DNA of 64,000 nt from Eledone cirrhosa. Taxonomy: Eukaryota. Position 1 is the stretch's first letter; the number at the start of each line of letters is the position of its first letter. Below are positions 1 through 13,559 of this stretch, one piece after another. The position numbers were made by a program, and so were the translations under genes. Where the stretch lies: assembly GCA_964016885.1 (NCBI GenBank), contig OZ024741.1:311798001-311862000 (forward strand), given 5' to 3'. Below the pieces are notes generated by a model, which was not told the origin of the DNA, searched no databases, and saw nothing but the letters and a program-made list of their open reading frames with translations.

Positions 1-100
1 GCGTGTGCGTGTGTGTATGTTGTTGTTCTTTGCTTTATAAAATTGCTAGAGCGAGAAAGAGAGATTGTATGTGTGAGTATATAAAGAGAGCAGTGATTCT

Positions 101-163
<63 letters not shown>

Positions 164-292
164 GTTTGAATATGTATAATAAAGCCAAAACAATGCAGGT
201 ATGGACATAGAAAAAAGAATGCAATTGCAAAAGATATTGTTGACAAATCGTCTTTTACCTTAGATTTGTTTAAATGTCCTTAATTTTCGAGA

Positions 293-469
293 TAATTGTT
301 TCTACTTTTAGGCACAAGGCCAGCAATTATCCAGTGCATTACTGGTACTTTATTTTATCGACCCCGTAAGGATGAAAGGTAAAGTCAACCTCGGCGGGAT
401 TTGAACTCAGATCGTAAAGGGACGTAACTATGCTGGAAAGCATGGCGTCCGACCCTCTACCGATACTGC
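293..469 (-). mobile_element. tRNA-derived SINE (family with >=8 copies in window)
   Basis: Minus strand reads A-box-like GCAGTATCGG, B-box GTTCAAATCC and body CCTTTCATCCTTACGGGGTCGATAAAATAAAGTACCAG. Near-identical to copies at 5.4, 6.2, 11.2, 51.4 and 52.3 kb. Confidence 0.85.
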
Positions 470-1850
470 GAGATAATATCTCTTCTTCAGAGGGAAATAA
501 AGGTCTCAAACCAGCCTTCTAAATATCTTGCCAAGCCATGCTGACAGGAAATAGTATAGAGTATCTGTTCTATCTCTAATGTCAAAGAGTTAAAATTAGA
601 TGGATAAAGAGTAGTCTCCCTTTAAAAGGGGTTTGTTTAGGGTTTTTTTTTTTTTAAATATACATGCCTGTTTAAGTGTGTGGGAGAATGCATGAAGGTG
701 TAAGTATGTGAGTGTGTGTGTGTGAGTGTGAGAAGATAAGTCTATTCGTAAATGTGGGGGATAGGTGTTATCTGGTGTTAGAACTGGTTTTGTGTGTGTA
801 TGTGTGAGAGAGAATAAGTGGAGGTGTAAGCGTGTGTGTGGGTGTGTAAATATGGGGCTAGAAGCCCTATCAGGTTATAAATTGGGTGTTGAGTTCTAGT
901 CTATTATTGATTGGTGGTTGTGTTTTATCTATAATTAGTGCTTCCTTAATTCTAAGATTGCCGAGGTTTCTTTCCTTAGTTTCTATCCTATCTGTTATGG
1001 TTTTGTCGGTGTGTTTGCATTTAACTAGGTGTTTCTTAAATGAGGAAGCGTTAGTATTGGGGTGTTCTTTTATTCTTATGTGGAGTGGTCTGGTGGTGCT
1101 ACCTACGTAGAAGTTGTTGCATTTGTCACACTCTAGTCTGTATACGACGTAAGCCTGGTGGCATAGGTCTGTGTCGTTGATGGGGCAGTTGGCTAGTCTG
1201 CAGCAGTTGTCATGTCTGGTGGGGTGTCTTTTGGTTAGCTGTTCGCGTAGAGAAGGACCTGAGTGGGCCAGTTGGATATCTAATCCCTCTCGTCTGATGG
1301 CTATGCGGATGGCTGTTGTTGTTTCTTCACTGAAGTGTGGGAGCTTCAGGAAGCAAGTGTTAGTGCCTCGGGTGTGGTGTCCTCTGTTCTTTCTGGCATG
1401 GTTTGTGGTGGATGTCATGTATCCGTTCAGTTTGAGTACTTCCAGGAAATGTGTGGTGTGTGTGTCTCGGTCTCCAGCGTCGGGGCATTTGTTCCGATTA
1501 CGTGCCAGTTCGTTCCTTATGTATCCGAACTTGGCACCGAGTGGGAGGGCCGATCTGAAATGTATGAACAGGTCCCTGCTGGCGGCTTTTTTATAGAAGC
1601 AGGTGTGGACGTTGCCTTCCTCTGTTACCCTGAGTTGGAAGTCCAGTAGGGATAGGGGTCCGCGGTCATCGGGGTGTTCCATGCTGAACTTTATACTGGC
1701 GTCCATGCTGGAGAATGTTGTGCATATTTTATCTGCCTCCTCACGGGATGATGTAAGGATGAGTATGTCATCTACATATCGGGTGAAGAAGGCATGGGAA
1801 TGGCAGGTGTTGAGGGCTCGGCATTCTAGCTGGTTCATGTAGGTGATGGC
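470..1850 (-). mobile_element. 5'-truncated Penelope-like retroelement (RT C-terminus + thumb + GIY-YIG endonuclease + 3' pLTR)
   Basis: ORF 870-1838 has RYVDDI (RT), LSLLDF, VVYRLECDKCNNFYVGSTTRPLHIRIKEH (GIY-YIG) and KEALII...PPIN. The 5' end abuts (TA)n. A half hammerhead CTGAAGA-a-GAGAT-att-ATCTC-G lies at 470-497. Confidence 0.9.
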
Positions 1851-1851
1851 C

Positions 1852-1900
<49 letters not shown>

Positions 1901-2799
1901 TGTAACTATTATCGCGCAAACACAAACTTATAATATACGCTCACGGACATACATTTACGCAAATACACATACTTTGACGCATATACATTTACACAAACAC
2001 ACATTCGCACATATACATTTAGGCAAACACACACATACAGTCATGATAGCAGCGTTCGGTGAATTGGAAATGGGAGGGTAATACAAGTTTTATTTATTTA
2101 TTAACAATACAGTTAAACTCTTTTTTTAAAACTCATTTGTAACAAAATCTAAGCTACAATAAAGTAAGAAGCCCGGGATTGAGTACGGTTTATAATTTTT
2201 TTTATCCCATTAGTTAAATAAGTTGGATTACTTTGAATAAATAATGAATGAATGTTACATAATTTATCTACTAAATTTCGTGGCTGTTCATTATATATAT
2301 TTTATTATTTATTTAATGATTCACTTCTTTAAAATTTTAAAATGACAACACTTCCGGTGGCGATCGTTTAAATAAACATACTAATTTTCTGTCACAAATT
2401 TTCTCCTAATGCAGTTTATTTATAATATCATCTTTTTTTTAACGTATCATGGATTACGTTACTGATTACATAAGAGAGTGTAACACCGTCTTCGTTCAAT
2501 TTGTATGTATATTGTCAATTACGATTTTATTTGATGTATTATATCTTCATTTATATATACTCGCGTATAATATCAATATACGCACTTCACATGCTAGCAG
2601 AAAACCACCCACAGGGTGGTTTTTCTGCTAGCTTAATATAAAGGTTACAGAACGAAAACACTAACAAATATAATATATACAAAGGAAAGGGAAAGGAAAA
2701 AAAGAAAGAGAAAAAATACGCACAACTTAGACAACACAGAACAATATGTAGGCGAAAGGGGTGGACAAACGAGGCGCTACCAGAGCAAAAGATAACAAT

Positions 2800-3165
2800 A
2801 TAGCGAGGAGCACTGGGAAACCTCTCTAATAATTTTTGAGGCAAGCCAGCACACTCGCACAGTTACCTGGGGTGATGGTGAGGCTGAGGTGCTTGAAAAC
2901 CAAGTGCCTTCACAAGCATCACCAGTTACCTTTGTTTGGCGAGCCACCAGTGAAGATAAGAACCTCGCTGTCAGTCGCCCGACTACCCCAAACGTCTCGA
3001 ACGCCACAGGCTGGACAATTTGTTAGCTGACAGAACACGGTATTTTACGATTTTGTTCCGTTCAGCTGCGGATGCAGTAGCTCTGGCCCTTACTGCTGCA
3101 TCCAGGATGTGGGAAGAAGCAAAAGTGTCACTAACTGTGACGTCACAGGAAAGGCACCTGACTCT
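2800..3165 (-). mobile_element. Non-LTR retrotransposon fragment, restriction-like endonuclease C-terminus (CRE-like)
   Basis: Minus translation gives CDVTVSDTFASSH...AAERNKIVKY...PVAFETFGVVG, matching the DVT..AE..K..KY..P.A.ET.G pattern of RLE non-LTR elements. Frameshifted. Confidence 0.7.
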
Positions 3166-3459
3166 TGAGCAGAAGTAAGACCAGGAGTAAGACCGTCAAG
3201 TCTTTTCCTATCAATTATGGACAACCCAGGGATGTTTTCTCGGGCCAAAGCTCTAAAGTGGTAATAGGACAGTGTATGTATGTGCGCGCGCGTGATTTTG
3301 TCGGCGTTCTTAAATTAGAGACATGTGTGTGTGTGTGTGTGTGTTACTGTTTTTAAGTTAGAGATATATATGTGTGTAACCCCTTCCTTCTTTTACACAC
3401 ACATACATTCACACAAACACACATACGCATTGTGTGATGGACATGTGGAAAGAAGTCCT

Positions 3460-4055
3460 TCAAATATATATACATGTGAATGGAGTTTATGCTGAAGCAG
3501 TTAGAGAAGTTCAAGTATCTTGGAACCGTGTTGATGAGTGGTGGTATGCAGGAGGCTGAATTAAGTGCAAGAATTGCAAAAGCTGATGCAGTAATGCGCC
3601 AGCCTCAGCATTCAGCAATAAGAAGAAGGGGGTAGGTGTAAAAGCCAAACTCGAAGTTTTTCTGGTATTCATGCCAACTCTTACTGAGGATCATGAATAT
3701 TTTTTGTAATGACTAAAAGAATACAATTGGAAATAAAAGCCGCAGGAATGGGATTCCTCCTAAGAGTCTCTGGAGTAATGTTACTCGATAAAGTGCATAG
3801 CTCAGAGACCAGAGAGTCATTCCTGGTTGAGACGCAACTTCTCCGAATTAAGAGATCACAACTCCGATATTATGAGCATGTGGTTAGAATGTCTCAGTAA
3901 AGAATCGCTGGACACATTTTACAGGCAAAACCAAACGGCAAGAGACCTAGAGGTAGACCCTAAGCAAGATAGTTGCATAACATTGCTGGAAGGAGTGTTT
4001 GAGAAGAACTCTGCCCCCACGTCCCTCTCAGAAATAAGTGGGTGAAGAAGAAGAT
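3460..4055 (+). mobile_element. RTE-clade LINE 3' fragment (decayed)
   Basis: LKQLEKFKYLG, AAGMGFLLRVSGV, RSQLRYYEHVVRM and GKRPRGRP motifs, with stops. Confidence 0.75.
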
Positions 4056-4559
4056 ATTGTCGATTTACTTTTCAATTTACATATATATATTTGCATATGA
4101 TACCAATATGCACACTACATATGCTAACAGAAAACCGCTCTGGGTCGATTTTTCTGCTAGTAATAATAATAATGCTAATACTAATGGGTTTTGGTGTATT
4201 TACTTTTGTTGAACATAGTTTATTTACCAGGAGGTATGTTGTGTGTGCGTTATATAATGGTTTATACGTGTATACTTATATACGTTTATATAATTATATG
4301 TATACACACACACATATATATTTTTATATGTGTATTTGGTGTATACGTTCGTATGTGTGCAGGTACATGTGTCGCGTGGGTTTAAGTACGTGTGCGCGTG
4401 TTTATGGGTACGTGCATATATATGCAGTCATGCCGTGTGTTTTGCCGTATGCACGTGTATGTACGTATATAGATGTGTGTACGTATTTTAATTATTATTA
4501 CTTTTATGATTTTAATAACCTCTGTCATTTTCGTTCAACTAATTCATTTACATTATTCT

Positions 4560-4880
4560 TAACTCCGAAGCCGGGAATTATTCGGCTTCCTAAATAGAAT
4601 AGTAGTTTAATGACTCCATTTATACCATAAATGGTGTTTTATCTATGTGTCTATGTGTTCTCGTGACTCCACATAACGACGTATTATCTTTGCTCTTTTC
4701 CGTTCATTGCCAGGGAACGTCTTCATGAACCACAATATCGTCTTCCTGTCTTCCTTCGGTTTCAACGTTTTTGAAATATTTACTTCTGCGTTCACAGTTT
4801 GAGTTTTTTAGTTCCAGAAGATCCCGTTAAGGGTGAAAGCAACGATTCTTTGCTTCAACTATAATCTGTTATTTTAATAA
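4560..4880 (+). mobile_element. PLE terminal-repeat remnant with degenerate hammerhead (4809-4861)
   Basis: Homologous to 17340-17780 and to the reverse complement of 16197-16510. Contains CAGAAGA-tccc-gttaa-gggt-GAAAGCA...TGCTT. Confidence 0.55.
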
Positions 4881-4891
4881 ATATATATATA

Positions 4892-4965
<74 letters not shown>

Positions 4966-5091
4966 ACCACTCATGCTAGTATCTGACCATTATTATGTCA
5001 GTATCAGTTTGACCACTCTTTAGGTTATGTAACTGTTATAGAAACACGTGTCAATAAATTCCTTTCAACTAAACTGTATCCATTCAAATCT

Positions 5092-5149
<58 letters not shown>

Positions 5150-5180
5150 ATACATATATATACATATCAACACACACAAA

Positions 5181-5252
<72 letters not shown>

Positions 5253-5357
5253 CATATACATATGCATATATATACATACATATATAAACATACAGGTGTG
5301 AGTAAACATAGACGCAAAAAGAAATATGTAAGTAATCAAAAAATAAATAAATATGTA

Positions 5358-5549
5358 AATAATTGTTTCTACTCTTGGCACAAGGCCAGCAATTATCCAG
5401 TATATTACTGGTACTTCATCTTATCGACCCCGTAAGGATGAAACGCAAAGTTAACCTCGGCGGAATTTGAACTCAGAATGGCAAGGGCCGTAACTCTATA
5501 CGTCAAATAATGGCGTCCAACCCTCGACCGTAACTGCCAATCCACCGCA
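5358..5549 (-). mobile_element. tRNA-derived SINE
   Basis: Same family as 293-469; B-box GTTCAAATTCC. Confidence 0.85.
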
Positions 5550-6182
5550 TTGTAAATAAGTAAATAATAGCGCATAACCATACACACACACATACAGATA
5601 CATTCATGAAAAATGTTTCTACATGCGCATGCACGCACGTACGAAGATATAGAGATATTGAAATGCATATAATTAGAAAAGCGTGTATATACACACCTAA
5701 ATAAAAGTATATAGATAAATAATTACGTACACCATGATATACACAAATACAGCACACAATACGTATATATACGTACATAAATACACATATATATAAATAT
5801 ATACACGCACATATACACACATATATCTTCACATATGCATATACATACCAATATACATATACATACATACACACATGCACACATGCGTACATGCAGAATA
5901 TATACATACCCATATACAGGCATACACATACACACATATATAAATATACATATACACATATAAATATAAGAATACACACACATATATACATAAATACATA
6001 CATATTTACATACATACATAAACAGGCATATATTCATTATGTGAAAGATAGAATTGGGGTTCCCGTTATTACAATAATGAAATGTTAAGGTGGATGTAGA
6101 AACAGTATAACTATTAGGTGGAAAGAAAAAGACTTTGATTGAGTATTAAAGTGGATGGAATATGAGGGTAGGCTCATATCAT

Positions 6183-6348
6183 TTGGCAGTATCGGTAGAA
6201 CGTCGGACGCTACACTTTGCAGCACAGAGTTACGGCCCTTTTTAATCTGAGTTCAAATCCTGCCTTTTATCCGTACGGGGTCGATAAAATAAAGCACCAA
6301 TATTACACTGGGTTAATTGCTGGCCTTGTGCCAAAAGTAGAAGCAATT
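6183..6348 (+). mobile_element. tRNA-derived SINE (internally deleted)
   Basis: TTGGCAGTATCGGTAG A-box, GAGTTCAAATCC B-box and GGGGTCGATAAAATAAAG body. Confidence 0.8.
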
Positions 6349-7826
6349 CTTTACTCTGAACTAAATTTATTAATTCGGAAATCTGAAATATTTCCACTTG
6401 TCCTTATATTGATCTCCTTTCTTTTCACTATTTTAGACCTATTAACTAATTTATATCAATGTAGATTTATAACTTACTCTTTTCAGTACCATTACTATCA
6501 CTGTATAATAATTATTTAATTGCACTTTTAAACCTAAAAGTGTATAATATGTTTAACTACTATATATTGTCTACCATTCTTCACACACACCTTCTCTGAT
6601 CCCTTCTATTGCAAATACAATTTATTATAACCACCTCATCACTTTTAGGCAACTTAATAATACATTGTTTCCAAACCTTTTCTCACATGCCTTACTTATA
6701 TTTATTTTTGCTAAATATATAACAACCATTGTCATGTCACATCATATATTTTTTATTTAATATTATCTATTCAATACTAGTATAATTAACTATTTTTTTA
6801 ATAATGCGTAGCACTTTTAGTGTATATAGATAATTTCTTTGTAATATGTAATGTTATTATTCTTTTAAAGTTCTTTAGTTTTGCAATCATTAAACCAGAA
6901 AACAATTCTTTTAAAAATTCGATTCCCATATATTTTTAGATACTAAATTTTCTACTTTTTCTTATTAAATATATAGTAACCCTCTAATATATAGAATGTT
7001 TTACATAAATTACCTCCCATTTATTTTGTTTTGTTTTAACCCTTTTTTCATTTTTTAAGGATTATTTTTTTAAATGTCCATGCTAAGATGGATGATTTGT
7101 ACTCTTGATGGCATATGACTTTGTCTCCTCTATTCAACTATGTGATGCTTTAGATCATGTGTCTTGAGTGCCTAATTGCTAATACTTCCATCTATACTGG
7201 ATTTTTTACTTTGATGATTACTCTTATTTTCTCAACATTATATTAGCCCCCTTGGACATTTTGAAAAATAATTATTATTATGACTGAATTATGTAGTCGA
7301 ACGTATAGTCTTGCATCTGTCTGTATGCTACACGTAAACTAAACATTTTTAAATGTATTTTTAAATATATTTTTAAATATATTCTTTAAACATTTTTTCT
7401 GTAGTTGTACTTTTAAATTTATATTTGAATCGCATGACTTCTCTTATTAACTTTATTAACTTTCTTTACTACTTATGATATATATTTTTCACTGTACTTA
7501 ATTTATCTGTAACAGCATGCTTATTTTGAATTTTTGAATTTTTACTGGTTTTATGTGCTTCTAATTTGTATTGCATTTATCTGCTCCTATTCTTCATATG
7601 ACTTTTCTTCCTTTGTTACCTTATATAAATGTTTATACTTATGCTTATCTACCATCCCATATTAAGTATCCTCCTAATGTTCTTGTGACAAAGTTTCGAT
7701 ATTATATTTGTGTTTGGCTTTTGCTATCAACTCCGAAGAATCTGGTCTTGTGCTAGGATGAAACGATCGCCAGTGATTAAATGTTTGAAAGTTTAAACAC
7801 TCTTTGATTATCATTTACAATATATA

Positions 7827-8709
7827 CGAGGTGTCTCAGAAAAGTTCCAGGACTGATGTCACAAAAGATTTATTTCAAACCCAAACTTCACTCTAAGAGT
7901 TTTCTCCTTCAAAGTAATCGCCCTGGAGTATGTAACTAATCGTAGCTCTCTGCAGCGATCCAACTTTTTTCTTCATAATTTTATATACATGTCCTCTGTT
8001 TCAGGTCGTCAAGCAATGAGCACAGAGCAGCGAACAAACTTGAAGACTCCGTCAGAAGCATTGGGATTGCTGCAGCAAGTGTATCAAGATGAGACGATGT
8101 CACGCTCACGTATTTTTGAATGGTGCAAGAGGTTTAAAGAAGGATGCGCGAGGACGTGGAAGATGACCCCAGGAGCAGAAGGCCCTCAACAACCAGGATT
8201 GAGGTCAACGTTGAGCGCGTCAGGCAGATGGTGCGTAGCGATCGTCGGCTGACTGTTCGACTGATGGCAAATGAGCTGGGTATGAATCGGGACAGCATCT
8301 GGAAGATTCTCACTGAAGATTTGGACATGCGGAAAGTCTGCGCGAAGATGGTGCCAAAACTGCTGAACGATGACCAGAAGGGTCGACGCATGCAAGTGTG
8401 CCAGGACATCCTCGAGCGTCTTGAAACCGAACCAGACCTGCTAGGGACAGTCATCACCGGTGATGAGTCATGGATCTTCGAGTACGACCCGGAGGGGACC
8501 CGTTTTGAAGACGTGGACGACATCAAAAAAGCCGTGACGACGGAACTGCACAGGATCCCGGTAGAATCCTTCCAGGAGTGCATTCAAGCGTGGCAGAAAA
8601 GGATGGAAAAGTGCATTAGACACTAGGGGGATTACTTTGAAGGAGAAAACTTTTAGTGTGAAGTTTGGGTTTGAAATAAATATTTTGTGACATCAGTCCT
8701 GGAACCTCG
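7827..8709 (+). mobile_element. Tc1/mariner (mariner-type) element, internally deleted, non-autonomous
   Basis: TIRs (CGAGG..GTTCCAGGACTGATGTCACAAAA.ATTTATTTCAAACCCAAACTTCAC and its reverse complement at 8657-8709) with TA flanks. Transposase pieces: EWCKRFKEG, EDVEDDPRS, KVCAKMVPKLL, ITGDESW. This is fused directly to GTRFED..., so the rest of the DDD domain is missing. Confidence 0.92.
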
Positions 8710-8730
8710 TATATATATATATGTGTGTGT

Positions 8731-8810
<80 letters not shown>

Positions 8811-8811
8811 A

Positions 8812-8871
<60 letters not shown>

Positions 8872-9309
8872 TGTGTGTGTGTTTGTGTGTGTGTGTTTAT
8901 TTAAATTTATACTTCAAACAGTTCACTACGAAATTCCAATTTACTCATGTAAGTTAAAATGTCTGTTCCTTGCTGATCTTCCATATGTATTGACGATTTG
9001 ATTTAAGTCTAGCAATAACACGCCACAGAATACAAACTTAGAGGATTTTAAAAGAAAATGCGTGTAGTCCTCCACCATAGTGTCGCCATAAATCACAACA
9101 TACAGTCCGTTTCTTCCAGAATATAGATTCCTCTGGAATTCACTCGGTGAGTATCCTTATCATCTACAGGTCTTATCTACGTAAATTCATGACATTTAGG
9201 GAAATAATATATCTGTAAAGTCACGTAACAGAGACTGTGATAAAAAAGTTGCTTTGGTTTCCGAGAATATTATAGTTTTACCAAATTAAGTATTGAGCCA
9301 TTCTCTTTG

Positions 9310-10850
9310 TATTTCCCTTTCTATTATCCTCTGTCTTTAACTCTGTCCTTTCTACTGTCTTTTCACTGTCTTTAACTGTGTCTTTTCCGCTGTCTTTTCC
9401 GCTGTCTGTTCCTTTGTCTTTTCCTTTGTCTTTTCCGCTGTCTGTTCCTGTGTCTTTTCCTTTGTCTTTTCCCCTCTCTCTTCGACTGTCTTTTCCGCTC
9501 TTTATCCTCTGTCTCCTCTGTCTTTTCCTCTGTCTTCTCCTTTGTCTATCACCCCTGTCTTTCCCGCTGTCTTTGCCCACGTTTCTACTTTGTTTTTTCC
9601 TCTGCTTTTTCCGCTCTCTTTTCCTCTGTCTTGTCCTTTGTCTCTCCCCCTCTCTTTACCTCTGTCTTTTCCGCTGTCTTTCTCCCTGTCTTTTCCCCTG
9701 TTTCTCCTCTGTCTTTTCGTCTGTTTTCTCCACTGTCTATTCCTCTGTCTTTTGCTTTGTCTTTTCCGCTCTCCTTTCCTCTGTCTTTACCTCTGTCTTT
9801 TCCTTTGTCTTTTCCCCTATCTTTTCCAGTGTTTTTTCCTTTGTCTTTTCCCCTGTCTTTTCCACCGTCTTTTCAATTGTCTTTTCCGCTGTTTTTGCTT
9901 TTGTCTTTCCCCCTGTCTTTTCCCCTGTCTTTTCCGCTGTATTTTCTGCAGCCTTTTCCTCTGCCTTCTCCTCTGGCTTTTCCCCTGTATCTCATTTGTC
10001 TTTTCCTCTGTCTTCTCCGCTGTATTTACCTCTGTCTTTTCTTTTCTCTTTTCCCCTGTCTTTTCCGGTGTGTTTTACTTTGTCTTTCCCCCCGTCTTTT
10101 CCGCTGTCTTTTCCTTTGTCTGTCTCTCTGTCTTTTCCACTGTCTTTCCCCACCTCTATTCCGCTGTTTTTTCCTTTGTCTTCCTCCCTGTCTTTTTCGC
10201 TATCTTTTCCGCAGCTTTTTCCTCTGTCTACTTTGTCTTTCCCCCTGTTTGTCCTTTGTCTTTTCCTCTGTTTTCTCCGCTGTCTTTTCCCCCTGTCTTT
10301 ACATTTGTCTTTACCTCTGTCATTTCCTGTCTCTTTTCCCCTGTCCTTTACGCTGTCTTTTCAATTGTCTTTCCCCATTCGTTTCTGCTGTCTTTTCCTT
10401 TGTCATTTCCCCGGTCTTTCCGCTGTTTTTCCCTTTGTCTTTCCCCCTGTCTTTTTCGCTGTCTTTTCCCCTCTATTTTCCGCTGTCTTTGCCGGTATTT
10501 TTTCCTTTGTGTTTTCCCCTCTCTTTTTCGCTGTCTTTTCCGCTGTCGTTCCCACTCTCTTTTCCGCTGTCTTTTTCTTTCTCTTATCCGCTGTCTTTTC
10601 CGCTGTCGTTCCCACTCTCTTTTCCGCTGTCTTTTTCTTTGTCTTATCCCCTGTCTTTTTTCTGTTGTTTTATTTTTATTTTCCCCTGTCTTTTCCGCTT
10701 TTTATTCTTTCGTCTTTTCCCTTGTCTTTTCTGCTGTCTTTGCCACTCTCTTTACCTCTCTATTTTCCGCTGTCTCTTCCGCTGCATTTTCTCTGTCTTT
10801 CCCACTGTCTTTTCCTCTGTTTTCTCCTGTATCATTTCCTCTGTTTTCAT
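9310..10850. repeat. ~1.5-kb degenerate 12-bp minisatellite (consensus ctgtcttttccN; GKDS/GKDR/GKDK on minus strand)
   Basis: Continuous 12-nt period, pyrimidine-rich on + strand. Includes an exact internal ~60-bp duplication at ~10530-10650. Confidence 0.9.
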
Positions 10851-10950
10851 TAGCTCGACTTTTCTTCCTGAAACTGGATGTACATATTTCATTAGAATTT
10901 AGTATGTATCCTAATTACAACGTACCATGTTTACTCTATCGCCTACATAC

Positions 10951-11023
10951 CTTGGTAGAATCATTGTACCTGGTTTCTGTGAGGGTAGCTATATTTTGTA
11001 CAAGTGGGTCGTAAATGTGAGAT
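10951..11023 (-). CDS. Candidate 73-nt exon (SHIYDPLVQNIATLTETRYNDSTK), possible cytoplasmic tail of the EGF-repeat gene
   Basis: ttctag acceptor and AAG|gtatgt donor, with one open frame. A further tttcag acceptor follows at 10868-10869. Confidence 0.35.
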
Positions 11024-11231
11024 CTAGAATATAGTGTAGAGAGCTATGTTTTTCAGGTTAAGATAACTAAAGATGTTACAGTTAAATTACAAATTAATTA
11101 TTAATTTTATTACAGCCAATGGAAATTTATAAATTATCAAATAACATTGTACTTAACAAAATAAAAATAATTGACGAGGGAATGACGACAATCTCATATT
11201 CAGACATGTCTATAACTCATTATTTATCCAA

Positions 11232-11323
11232 GGTTTGCCTTTCATCCTTCCGGGGTCGATAAAATAAAGTACCAGTAATGCACTGGTATTTGCTGGCCGT
11301 GTGCCTAACGTAGAAACAATTAT
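11232..11323 (+). mobile_element. SINE 3' fragment
   Basis: GCCTTTCATCCTTCCGGGGTCGATAAAATAAAGTACCAG...GCTGGCCGTGTGCC. Confidence 0.8.
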
Positions 11324-13160
11324 GTATCTCTCATCGAAGACAACTTCTCGTATCACTAATAACTTCCAGAGAGATGTTCTCATCGAACAATCTAATTTTT
11401 CCATTCTTATATAATTGAATCAATTAACCTAGGTAAGATAATTATTTTAACTAATATAAAATATTTCTTTGTGTCATTTATTTTGTCTCATTTATGTTCT
11501 GAAACGAATGTGATTTTCACCTCTACTGATTAGTCGATAGGATAAGTAACAGTCTTGTATTGCGAATCGGTTCGCTTTCTCAATACATATGTCATGACAG
11601 TTTATATTATCGTGGCCATTTAAGTCATATTTCTTATCGGCAATATGCCTTAGGTACATATATCAGTGCTGACGCAAATTGGTCACTGTTTAAAAAATTA
11701 GATTTCTGGATAATATATTTTATGATACTTGTCTTAGACTTCATCAGATTGGGTGTTATCCCGTATTTTTAATTTTATTTTAACTGGGTTTGGGAAATAT
11801 ATAGTTATTGAGATAATATCTATAACATGTCTATTGAATAAGAATAATGCATTAACTAAAGGTATTTGAGTATCTTGTATCAGTCAAAACCTGACAGATG
11901 TAAATGTCTGAGAACTGGCTACATCTAATTGGTTCTGCGAATCTATTTGTTAGAAAGTTATTTGAATGGTTAACATATTTATCAAAAGTGGGGATGAGAA
12001 ACTTTTTTATGGCTGCTGCACCTGCTAAAGAGAGCAGTCAAAAACACATAATGTTGTTCGCAAGACACCTACATGTCAGTATGGTGATGACTGAAATGTT
12101 TGTGATGATACGTGTCCTCCGTTATGACTGACCTGAGCCTAAACAACAACTGAAGTGGGATAAAATTAGTAAACCCAAACTCCACTAAATTATACAGTTA
12201 TTAAACAGGAAATTATCTCCAAATGGGTTTGAGCATGGACTAATGCAGTAGTGAAAAGCTATAATATAATATTACATTTGGCTTCTTCATAATTAAGATA
12301 ATATTTAATTTCCGAAAAGTTTTGGTTAGCAGATGCGGTAGCACTGTTCTTAATGACATGTTGTAATGACATTTATCCTTTCACATAAAAAATGTATATC
12401 TCATTCAGTAGAAACTTGACTTCCACTCTGTCGTCCCTGACAAACTTTCTAGGAGTAGTGAACTTGATATATTTACATCTAGCTCTCCCTAAAATATGTG
12501 TCCTTGAATTGTGTTCTTCAAATTACCGGTTTATCGTGCGTAAATTATAAACAATTACATCCCCATTGGTATTGTTTGGTTTTCTGCCAAATCGATGAGT
12601 TTTATTATACAATCAAATATACTATCTGTCTAAACCAAGAATTAAATCTAACCAAGTTGTCTTACAGTTTACTTATATGTCTCTCTCTCTCCCCGTAAAT
12701 ATATGTCAGAACCATTGTGTTCATTGTATTCACAACTAAATCAGGTGACTGGTTGAGATATTGTCACTGTATTAGACTTCAACTTATTAGACTCAATTAT
12801 AAACTGTTTCAATAAGTATGCATTTGACTCGTGACATTTTGTAATGGTATAAAAAAAAACTTAATATTGCTTGGGCTATAGAAAATGTAATTAGCAAATC
12901 AAAATATTTCTTGTCAAAATAATAAAATACTAATATGAAATATACAGGAAATTCAAAATATTGAGAACTAGATCTAATACTTTACAGTTTCCAACTTTAT
13001 GCCTGATATATCTGTATTCAAATAACACCAAGGCAAAGCTTGCTTTAGCCTATCAAACACAATTATTATGTTGGTGTTAAAAAGAAAATTAGGAACAACC
13101 ACACAATCATCACGGTATAGGCGGGGGTATTCCGTGTATTTCTGTTCAAAGGTAAAACAT

Positions 13161-13208
<48 letters not shown>

Positions 13209-13355
13209 TTTTGAGTTTATGTTGGTTGTATAGCAACACCTCAGTATGGAGGCTGGAGCACTCGACGAAGTGCGCAGGTTGGTTTGGTTACTCCGGAGTA
13301 GTGTAAAATAAAGTTAAATAAAAAGTCAAATGATTAAAATTTAGCTTCGTTTATT

Positions 13356-13410
13356 ACTGCTATATATATTTCAGTGACAGCCATCTTTGGCTGTGACCTC
13401 TTCAGGCAGT
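13356..13410 (-). ncRNA. Type I hammerhead ribozyme in a PLE terminal repeat (13210-13550)
   Basis: actgc-CTGAAGA-ggtcacagcc aaagat ggctgtcact-GAAA-t atat ata-gcagt: stem I, core, stem II and palindromic minimal stem III. Same family as 28426 and 31197. Confidence 0.8.
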
Positions 13411-13559
13411 TTGAATTAGTATGGTATATACAAGTACATATGTTGTTGAGGTGTATAATATTGTCAATACTCTGATATGCCTAGTTCCTGGTTGGGTTGT
13501 TATTTCACTGAGGAACTGGAATCAAGACAAAGATAGACGCATGTTACTTGAATTCAAAC

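Larger units (their letters stand above)
1900..4160 (+). repeat. Segmental duplication block, copy 1 (paralog at ~51970-53915)
   Basis: Both places share the same order of unique sequence (atcgcgcaaacacaaactta...catgatagcagcgttcgg), CRE-like fragment, RTE fragment and cacactacatatgcta. Confidence 0.85.

Noticed and set aside
886-1842. Plus-strand ORFs overlapping the PLE ORF (also those antisense to the LINE and mariner ORFs)
   Set aside because: These are shadow ORFs of transposon coding sequence.
9378-11014. Three 420-490-aa plus-strand ORFs rich in F/S/L/P/C
   Set aside because: They are stop-free only because the pyrimidine-rich 12-bp minisatellite lacks stop codons on this strand; all three frames are open.
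11400-12800. Further minus-strand exon candidates (e.g. GAAAIKKFLIPTFDKY...YICQ near 11890-12020)
   Set aside because: Splice sites are weak or non-canonical and I recognise no domain.
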